Positions 25,844 through 32,000 of a stretch of 32,000 nucleotides of DNA are shown piece by piece. The DNA is taken from NCBI GenBank assembly GCA_029268285.1, contig JAJUGG010000003.1:9976-41975 (forward strand), written 5' to 3'. Below the pieces are notes generated by a model that worked only from the letters and a program-made list of their open reading frames with translations, ran no database searches and was not told the DNA's origin. Within the stretch, counting starts at the first letter, position 1; each line of letters opens with the position of its first letter. The DNA comes from Ectothiorhodospiraceae bacterium (GTDB taxonomy: Bacteria; Pseudomonadota; Gammaproteobacteria; Nitrococcales; AK92). A program made the translations under genes and the position numbers.

Positions 25844-26263
25844 ATGCGTCATTATGAAGTCGTGTTTCTGGTCCATCCTGACCAGAGCGAACAGGTTCCG
25901 GCCATGATCGAGCGCTACCGCGCCATCATCGAGGCCGAAGGCGGTAAGATTCATCGTCTCGAAGACTGGGGTCGTCGCCAGCTCGCCTACCCGATCAAGA
26001 AGCTCATCAAGGCCCACTACGTGCTGATGAACATCGAGTGCGGTCAGGCCGAGCTCGATGAGCTTGAGTCCGCTTTCCGTTTCAACGATGCGGTGATCCG
26101 CAATCTGATCCTGAGCCGCGACGAAGCCGTTACCGAGCCGTCTCCGCTGGCTAAGAGCAAGGAAGAAGAGCGCGAGGAGCGTGGCGAGGGCGAGCGTCGT
26201 TCCCGTCCGCGCCGTGACGAGGAAGAGGAGTCCTCGGACGAGGAAGAGACCGCTTCCGAGTAA
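25844..26263 (+). CDS. rpsF: 30S ribosomal protein S6
   Basis: [25 protein letters not shown]...[12 protein letters not shown], plus a long acidic C-terminal tail. Confidence 0.97.
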   Translation: MRHYEVVFLVHPDQSEQVPAMIERYRAIIEAEGGKIHRLEDWGRRQLAYPIKKLIKAHYVLMNIECGQAELDELESAFRFNDAVIRNLILSRDEAVTEPSPLAKSKEEEREERGEGERRSRPRRDEEEESSDEEETASE

Positions 26264-26277
26264 AGGTTTCTCGAGCG

Positions 26278-26610
26278 GTGGAGGGCGAAGCTGTCGCCAA
26301 TCGGGTGACCTTGATCGGTCGCCTGCACGCCGCGCCGAGGCTGCGAACCTCGCCTGCCGGCATCCCAATCGCCCGCTTTCTGCTGGAGCACGATTCGGAG
26401 CAGCCGGAAGGTCCGGTGACACGCCGGCAAAGGTTTCGTATCGGGGTAAGGGCAGTGGGCGAAGCGCTGTGCGCGGAGCTCAAACAGCTCGAGCCCGGGC
26501 GCTTGATGCGGGTTGAGGGATACTTGACCCGTAACAAGCAAGGTGCAGAAGATTATCGTTTAGTGGTCGTTGCCCAGCATCTCGAAGCGCTGGTTGAGAC
26601 GCACGAATAG
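26278..26610 (+). CDS. priB: Primosomal replication protein N (PriB)
   Basis: 110-aa OB-fold protein between rpsF and rpsR. NRVTLIGRLHAAPRLRTSPAGIPIARFLLEH parallels E. coli PriB ([31 protein letters not shown]). The start is GTG. Confidence 0.85.
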   Translation: MEGEAVANRVTLIGRLHAAPRLRTSPAGIPIARFLLEHDSEQPEGPVTRRQRFRIGVRAVGEALCAELKQLEPGRLMRVEGYLTRNKQGAEDYRLVVVAQHLEALVETHE

Positions 26611-26622
26611 GAGAACAGGATC

Positions 26623-26847
26623 ATGGCGCGTTTTTTCCGTCGTCGTAAGTACTGCCGTTTTACCGCTGAAGGCGTAAAGGAGATCGATTACAAGGATCTC
26701 AATACGCTGAAGAGCTACATCACCGAGACCGGCAAGATCGTCCCGAGCCGCATCACCGGTACCCGGGCGCGCTACCAGCGTCAGCTGGCCACTGCCGTCA
26801 AGCGCGCGCGGTTCCTGGCGCTGCTGCCTTACACCGATCGTCACTGA
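26623..26847 (+). CDS. rpsR: 30S ribosomal protein S18
   Basis: [66 protein letters not shown] is canonical S18. Confidence 0.97.
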   Translation: MARFFRRRKYCRFTAEGVKEIDYKDLNTLKSYITETGKIVPSRITGTRARYQRQLATAVKRARFLALLPYTDRH

Positions 26848-26878
26848 TCGGTACGCCTGTTACGGGCGTAGTGTTTGA

Positions 26879-27748
26879 GTGATGCAAGGGCTGGCGGCGT
26901 GGATCATGCGCGGTCGCTTTACCGCGATCGCAACAACCGTGGTCTGCGCCATCCTGCCCTTGCTCGGTTGGGTGTCCGGGGCCGTTGTGGCCCTGGTAAC
27001 ACTCAGACGAGGCGCTGGTGAAGGGCTGATTGTCCTGCTCGGCAGCCTGGTCGGCGTCAATCTGATTCTGGCGCTAATGGCCGGACAGGCAGTCTGGCTC
27101 TTGGGCCCGGCGCTGGAGCTTTGGTTGCCGGTGCTGGTATTAGCGCTGTGGTTACGCAGCAGTATTTCGCTGTCGTCGACCTTGCGTCTTGCCGCCGGGC
27201 TGGCGGCGCTAGCGGTTGCCGCGTTCTATGCGGCCGTCGGCGATCCAAGCCGGTACTGGCGCCCGCGCTTCGAACAAGTCCTTGGCAGCCTGCCGGACGG
27301 CGGGGGCGTCTGGGGCGCGGGCGTCGAGCAGATGCTGCCGATGATGACCGGGTTCTGGGCGCTAGGCTTGCTGATCGGCGCGGTGGCCAGTTTGCTGTTC
27401 GGGCGTTGGCTACAGTCCTTGCTGTACAATCCGGGCGGCTTCGCTAAAGAGTTCCGCGACGTGGATCTCGGGCGGGCGTTAGCCGGTGCAGCTGCGGCGC
27501 TGTGGGTCGGCACGGCCTTCGGCGGCCCCGCGATACTGCAGGACTTGGCGCTGGTTATTAGCGCGGTATTCGTGTTGCAGGCGCTGTCGCTAGTGCATGC
27601 GCTGATCGCCGCCAAGCGTCTCGGCGGCGGTTGGTTGATCGTAACGTACCTGTTGTTGCCGTTTGCGTTTCAGTTGATGGCGATAGCAGGCATGGCTGAT
27701 GCGGCCTTTCAGTGGCGGCAGAGGCTGAAACTGGGGGCCGGGTCGTGA
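26879..27748 (+). CDS. Polytopic inner-membrane protein of unknown function (possibly DUF2232-like)
   Basis: 289 aa (GTG 26879 or ATG 26882), about 7-8 hydrophobic helices and no catalytic motif that I recognise. It is wedged between rpsR and rplI on the same strand with short gaps. A hypothetical membrane protein holds the same position in Pseudomonas, and DUF2232 YybS lies upstream of rplI in Bacillus (both from memory). Confidence 0.7.
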   Translation: MMQGLAAWIMRGRFTAIATTVVCAILPLLGWVSGAVVALVTLRRGAGEGLIVLLGSLVGVNLILALMAGQAVWLLGPALELWLPVLVLALWLRSSISLSSTLRLAAGLAALAVAAFYAAVGDPSRYWRPRFEQVLGSLPDGGGVWGAGVEQMLPMMTGFWALGLLIGAVASLLFGRWLQSLLYNPGGFAKEFRDVDLGRALAGAAAALWVGTAFGGPAILQDLALVISAVFVLQALSLVHALIAAKRLGGGWLIVTYLLLPFAFQLMAIAGMADAAFQWRQRLKLGAGS

Positions 27749-27797
27749 CGGTTCGGTCGAATTGGACGCTTAGATAGACACCTCTGGGGTGGTAACG

Positions 27798-28250
27798 ATG
27801 GAAGTCATTCTTCTGGATAAGGTCGAGAACCTCGGCAACCTGGGCGACCAAGTCAAGGTCAAGCCGGGCTACGGTCGCAACTACCTGATTCCGAAAGGCA
27901 AGGCTAAGCCTGCGACGCCTGAGAACATCAAGTACTTCGAAGAGCGTCGTGCCGAGTTGGAAAAGGCTGCGGCTGAAGCTCTGCAGGCTGCCGAGCAGCG
28001 CAAGGCGCAGCTGGAAGGCCTTACGGTCACCATCAACGCCAAGGCGGGTGACGAAGGCAAGCTGTTCGGCTCCGTGGGTACCGCCGACATCGCCGAAGCC
28101 GTGACCGCGGCCGGCGTCGAGATCGGTCGCCACGAAGTGCGCATGCCGGAGGGCCCGATCCGTTCCACTGGCGAGTACGAGATCGAGCTGCACCTGCACA
28201 GCGACGTCGATGCGACGGTGCAGGTCGTGGTCGCCGCTGAAGCGGAGTAA
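27798..28250 (+). CDS. rplI: 50S ribosomal protein L9
   Basis: [36 protein letters not shown] is canonical L9. ATG 27798 is preferred over the track start at 27789. Confidence 0.95.
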   Translation: MEVILLDKVENLGNLGDQVKVKPGYGRNYLIPKGKAKPATPENIKYFEERRAELEKAAAEALQAAEQRKAQLEGLTVTINAKAGDEGKLFGSVGTADIAEAVTAAGVEIGRHEVRMPEGPIRSTGEYEIELHLHSDVDATVQVVVAAEAE

Positions 28251-28306
28251 AATCGGCCATGTGACCTCGTCGCAGGTTCCAGCCCGCGAGCGGGGTATAC
28301 TCCAAC

Positions 28307-28330
28307 GGAAAGCCGCATTTGCGGCTTTCC
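28307..28330 (+). promoter_or_regulatory. 10-bp stem-loop between rplI and dnaB (possible attenuator or mRNA stabiliser)
   Basis: GGAAAGCCGC, loop ATTT, GCGGCTTTCC. It is followed by gtgaCTTTgggggg (no real U-tract) and ends 13 nt before the dnaB start. Confidence 0.35.
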
Positions 28331-28343
28331 GTGACTTTGGGGG

Positions 28344-29738
28344 GTGACAATGGCCGAAGCACAAGCCTTACCGTCCGCGACCGATGCTCTGAAGGTTCCG
28401 CCGCATTCGCTGGAGGCGGAGCAAGCGGTTCTCGGCGGTCTCATGCTCGACAACAGCGCCTGGGATCGGGTCGCCGGGCGAATTACCGAAGAAGATTTCT
28501 ATCGGCGCGATCATCGTCTGATCTTTCGCGCCATCACCACGCTTGCGGACAGCTCACAGCCGCTGGACGTGGTCACGCTCTCCGAGTGGCTGCGCAGCAA
28601 CGAGTTGCTGGAAGACGCGGGCGGGCTTGCCTACCTTGGCGCGATCGCGCGCGATACGCCGAGTGCCGCCAACATCGAAGCCTATGCCGACATCGTGCGC
28701 GAGCGCTCGGTGTTGCGACATCTCATCCAAGCCGGCACCGAAATCGTCTCCGCCTCATTTCAGCCTGAAGGGCGCAATAGCGCCGAGCTACTCGATTTTG
28801 CCGAGTCGCGCATCTTCCAAATCGCCGAGCAGACCGGCAAGCACAAGAAAGGCTTCGTCAACGTGAAGCAGGTGCTGCCGATGGTGGTCGACCGCATCGA
28901 CCAGCTGTTCCAGCAGGAAAGCGCGATTACTGGCTTGGCGACAGGCTTTACCGACTTTGACCACAAAACCTCCGGTCTCCAGGACGGTGATCTCGTCATC
29001 GTTGCCGGGCGGCCCTCCATGGGTAAGACCACCTTTGCCATGAACATCGCCGAGAACGCCGCCATGAGCGGAAAGACGGTGGCGGTGTTCAGTATGGAAA
29101 TGCCGGCCGATGCGCTCGTCATGCGTATGCTGTCGTCGCTTGGTCGCATCGAACTGCAGAAGATCCGTACCGGCAGGCTTGAGGACGATGACTGGCCGCG
29201 CCTCACCGGCACGATGAACCTGATGTCCGAGGCTAAGCTGTTCATCGACGATACGCCGGCACTGAACCCGACCGACATGCGCGCCCGCGCGCGGCGCTTG
29301 AAGCGCGAACACGGTCTCGGCCTCATCGTCATCGACTACCTCCAGCTGATGCAGGTGCAGGGCGGCGGTAAGGAAAACCGCGCCGCGGAGATTTCCGAGA
29401 TCTCGCGCTCTCTCAAAGGCATGGCTAAGGAGCTGGAGGTGCCGGTCATTGCCTTGTCGCAGCTAAACCGCTCCTTGGAGCAGCGGCCCAACAAGCGCCC
29501 GGTGATGTCCGACTTGCGCGAGTCGGGCGCCATTGAGCAGGACGCGGACGTGATTACCTTCATCTACCGCGACGAGGTCTACCACGACGACAGTCCGGAC
29601 AAGGGTACCGCGGAGATTATTATCGGTAAGCAGCGTAACGGACCGATCGGCACCGTGAGGCTGACCTTCCTCGGCCAGTACACGCGCTTCGAGAACTTTA
29701 TTCAGGACGTCTATCAAGGCGGCGAGGCCTACGAATGA
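28344..29738 (+). CDS. dnaB: Replicative DNA helicase DnaB
   Basis: PPHSLEAEQAVLGGLMLDN N-terminus, Walker A GRPSMGKTTFAMNIAEN, DYLQLM, and SQLNRSLEQRPNKRPVMSDLRESGAIEQDAD. The start is GTG 28344 or ATG 28350. Confidence 0.96.
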   Translation: MTMAEAQALPSATDALKVPPHSLEAEQAVLGGLMLDNSAWDRVAGRITEEDFYRRDHRLIFRAITTLADSSQPLDVVTLSEWLRSNELLEDAGGLAYLGAIARDTPSAANIEAYADIVRERSVLRHLIQAGTEIVSASFQPEGRNSAELLDFAESRIFQIAEQTGKHKKGFVNVKQVLPMVVDRIDQLFQQESAITGLATGFTDFDHKTSGLQDGDLVIVAGRPSMGKTTFAMNIAENAAMSGKTVAVFSMEMPADALVMRMLSSLGRIELQKIRTGRLEDDDWPRLTGTMNLMSEAKLFIDDTPALNPTDMRARARRLKREHGLGLIVIDYLQLMQVQGGGKENRAAEISEISRSLKGMAKELEVPVIALSQLNRSLEQRPNKRPVMSDLRESGAIEQDADVITFIYRDEVYHDDSPDKGTAEIIIGKQRNGPIGTVRLTFLGQYTRFENFIQDVYQGGEAYE

Positions 29739-30829
29739 GCCGGTTCACGCGGGCTCGTATTCATCTCGACGCGCTACGCCATAATCTGGCGGTCGCGCGG
29801 TCCCATGTCGGGGAGGCAAAAGTGGCCGCCGTCATTAAAGCCGGCGGCTATGGCCACGGCGCAGTTGCAGTAGCCGGCGCTTTGGCGGGCGCGGACGCCT
29901 TTGCGGTGACTTCGGTGGACGAAGCCGAGGTCCTGCGTCAGGCCGGCTTTCATCAGCGCATCCTTGTCCTCGACGGGCTGTTTGAAGCCGACGAGTTGGA
30001 GCTGGCGGCGGCTCGCGGCCTTGATCTGGTGGTGCACTCCGATTGGCAGCTCGACTTGATCGAGCGCTTTACTACCGAAACGCCGCTGCGTTGCTGGCTC
30101 AAGGTCGATTCCGGCATGCACAGGCTGGGCTACGCGCCGGAGCGGGTCAAAATGGCCTACGCCCGCCTTGCCAACAGCGCCTCCGTGGAGGGGCCAGTCA
30201 ACCTTATGACGCACTTCGCCTGTGCCGACGATCGTCGTAGCGACTATACCCGCAGCCAGTTGCAGGTCTTCAATGCCGTCTGCGAGGAGCTGCCCGGCGA
30301 GCGTTCGGCAGCGAACTCCGCCGGCGTGCTCGCATGGCCCGAGAGTCATTACGAGTGGGTGCGGCCCGGAGTGATGCTGTACGGCGCCTCGCCGTTTGCC
30401 GATGGGCTCCCCGGGCGCCCGGCACTGGAGCCGGCGATGACCCTGGAAAGCCGGCTGATCGCGATACAGCACTTTCGTCGCGGCGATCGCGTTGGCTATG
30501 CAGGCACCTTCACCTGCCCGGAAGATATGCCGGTCGGGGTGGTGGCGATTGGATACGGCGACGGTTATCCGCGCCACGCGCCCAGCGGGACGCCGGTGCT
30601 CGTCGACGGCCGCCGCACGGCGCTGGTCGGGCGCGTCTCCATGGACTTGATCTGCATCGATCTGCGAGACCTGCCGGATGTGCGCATCAACGCGCCGGTG
30701 ACCTTATGGGGGCAGGGGCTGCCCATAGAGGAGATCGCCGAGTACTGCGGTACCATCAGTTACGAGCTCATGTGCAAGCTCACCTCCAGGGTGCGCTTCG
30801 ACTACGAAGGCGGACATGGCGAAGGTTAA
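29735..30829 (+). CDS. alr: Alanine racemase
   Basis: PLP-lysine motif AVIKAGGYGHGA and a C-terminal ...GRVSMD...ISYE... region. It has an ATGA overlap with dnaB. dnaB-alr adjacency is as in E. coli and Pseudomonas. Confidence 0.93.
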   Translation: MSRFTRARIHLDALRHNLAVARSHVGEAKVAAVIKAGGYGHGAVAVAGALAGADAFAVTSVDEAEVLRQAGFHQRILVLDGLFEADELELAAARGLDLVVHSDWQLDLIERFTTETPLRCWLKVDSGMHRLGYAPERVKMAYARLANSASVEGPVNLMTHFACADDRRSDYTRSQLQVFNAVCEELPGERSAANSAGVLAWPESHYEWVRPGVMLYGASPFADGLPGRPALEPAMTLESRLIAIQHFRRGDRVGYAGTFTCPEDMPVGVVAIGYGDGYPRHAPSGTPVLVDGRRTALVGRVSMDLICIDLRDLPDVRINAPVTLWGQGLPIEEIAEYCGTISYELMCKLTSRVRFDYEGGHGEG

Positions 30830-32000
30830 GACGGCATACGCCTGCAACGAATGCGGCGCGATGAGCCCGAAGTGGGCGGGGCAGTGCCCGGATTGCGGGG
30901 CATGGAATAGTCTCGAGGAGACGGTGCAGGCGCCGCCCGCGAGCGGCCCCCGCGCGGTCCGCGGCCAGTACGCCGGCGATCGCGGCGCGCAGACTCTGGC
31001 CGAGGTGCCGCGCGACACCGAGACGCGCTTTACCACCAATATCGGCGAGCTCGATCGTGTGCTAGGCGGCGGCATGGTGCGGGGCGGGGTGATCCTGCTC
31101 GGCGGCGACCCCGGTATCGGCAAGTCCACCTTGCTGTTGCAGACCCTGGCCGAGCTGCCGCAGGAACTCAAGGCGCTCTACGTTACGGGTGAGGAGTCGC
31201 TGCGCCAGGTCGCGCTGCGTGCTTCACGGCTGGGCGTGCAGGGCGACCGGCTCAAAGTGTTGGCCGAGACTTCGGCGGAGGCCATCGTCGAGGTGGCGCG
31301 GCGCGAGTCGCCCGACGTGGTGGTCATTGACTCGATCCAGACCATGCATGCCGAACACCTGCAATCCGCTCCTGGCTCGGTCGCGCAGGTGCGTGAGAGC
31401 GCGGCGTTTCTCGTGCGCTATGCCAAGCAGACCGGCACTGCGCTGTTTCTCGTCGGGCACGTCACCAAGGAGGGTCAGCTGGCCGGCCCGCGCGTGCTCG
31501 AGCACATGGTCGATACCGTGCTTTACTTCGAAAGCGAGAGTGGCAGTCGCTATCGCTTGCTGCGCGCGGTCAAGAACCGCTTCGGTGCCGCCAACGAACT
31601 CGGCGTTTTCGCTATGTCCGATGCCGGGCTCAAAGAGGTCGCCAACCCGTCCGCCATTTTCCTGTCTCGTCACGACGGCGATGTTACCGGAAGCGTCATC
31701 ACCGTCACTCGAGAGGGCAGCCGGCCTTTGTTGGTCGAGGTGCAGGCGTTGGTGGCGGATAGTTCCCTCGGTAACCCGAGGCGCGTCGCGCTCGGGCTGG
31801 AGGCGAACCGTCTATCCATGTTGCTGGCGGTGCTGCAGCGTCATGGCGGCATTTCAACCTTTGGGCAAGACGTCTTTCTCAACGTCGTCGGCGGCGTGCG
31901 CCTGTCGGAAACGGCCAGCGACTTGCCGGCCCTGATGGCCGCCTTGTCGAGCCTGCGAGACCGGCCTGTGCCGGCGGATTGGGTGGTTTTTGGCGAAATC
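30816..32000 (+). CDS. radA: DNA repair protein RadA/Sms, N-terminal ~395 aa (3' end outside window)
   Basis: Hand translation from ATG 30816 gives MAKVKTAYACNECGAMSPKWAGQCPDCGAWNSLEE (C4 zinc finger), Walker A GGDPGIGKSTLLLQ, LFLVGHVTKEG, KNRFGAANELGVF (the KNRFG motif), then the start of the Lon-like domain. The frame has no stop before the window edge, so it is missing from the ORF track. It overlaps alr by 14 nt. Confidence 0.95.
   Translation, partial: MAKVKTAYACNECGAMSPKWAGQCPDCGAWNSLEETVQAPPASGPRAVRGQYAGDRGAQTLAEVPRDTETRFTTNIGELDRVLGGGMVRGGVILLGGDPGIGKSTLLLQTLAELPQELKALYVTGEESLRQVALRASRLGVQGDRLKVLAETSAEAIVEVARRESPDVVVIDSIQTMHAEHLQSAPGSVAQVRESAAFLVRYAKQTGTALFLVGHVTKEGQLAGPRVLEHMVDTVLYFESESGSRYRLLRAVKNRFGAANELGVFAMSDAGLKEVANPSAIFLSRHDGDVTGSVITVTREGSRPLLVEVQALVADSSLGNPRRVALGLEANRLSMLLAVLQRHGGISTFGQDVFLNVVGGVRLSETASDLPALMAALSSLRDRPVPADWVVFGEI

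Noticed and set aside
27558-28364. 268-aa - strand ORF spanning the end of the membrane-protein gene, rplI and the dnaB upstream region.
   Set aside because: It crosses two + strand genes and an intergenic hairpin. It has shadow-frame composition and no plausible start context.
31189-31935. 248-aa + strand ORF, and the 149-aa - strand ORF at 31224-31673, near the window end.
   Set aside because: Both lie inside radA in other frames. The radA frame (from 30816) shows the zinc finger, Walker A and KNRFG motifs, and it is absent from the track only because it is open-ended.

Overview
This is a GC-rich gammaproteobacterial core-chromosome window. It is almost completely filled by 32 recognisable housekeeping genes and 2 tRNAs, nearly all on the + strand. 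Gene order: lptG (3' end only); an RDD-family gene and tRNA-Glu(CUC) on the - strand; pcnB-folK-dNK-like kinase-panB-panC-panD; pgi; queG (-); nnr(yjeF)-tsaE(yjeE)-amiB-mutL-miaA-hfq-hflX-hflK-hflC-yjeT(DUF2065)-hisZ-purA; tRNA-Leu(CAG) (-); rnr-rlmB; rpsF-priB-rpsR-unknown membrane protein-rplI-dnaB-alr-radA (3' end outside the window). This is the classical amiB-mutL-miaA-hfq-hflXKC neighbourhood known from E. coli and Pseudomonas, joined to a pcnB-folK-panBCD-pgi block. Many junctions are start/stop overlaps (pcnB/folK, panB/panC, nnr/tsaE, mutL/miaA, hflK/hflC, yjeT/hisZ, dnaB/alr, alr/radA), which suggests translational coupling. radA is not in the supplied ORF track because it has no stop codon in the window, so I translated it by hand. 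I found no mobile element, integrase, CRISPR array, toxin-antitoxin pair or defence-type cassette, and no intergenic gap longer than about 310 bp. I therefore cannot support a new multi-gene system here. The unexplained signals are small and non-coding: (1) a possible family of structured inverted-repeat elements directly after + strand stop codons, the best copy at 12492-12599; (2) a 37% GC island with a 12-pair hairpin between tsaE and amiB; (3) a G9 tract at the 5' end of hflK next to a second ATG that would restore the frame after +1 slippage; (4) a three-hairpin rpsF leader; (5) two conserved genes of unclear role, a membrane protein inside the ribosomal-protein operon and a dNK-like kinase between folK and panB. 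All family calls come from motif recognition and synteny from memory. No searches or folding programs were run.
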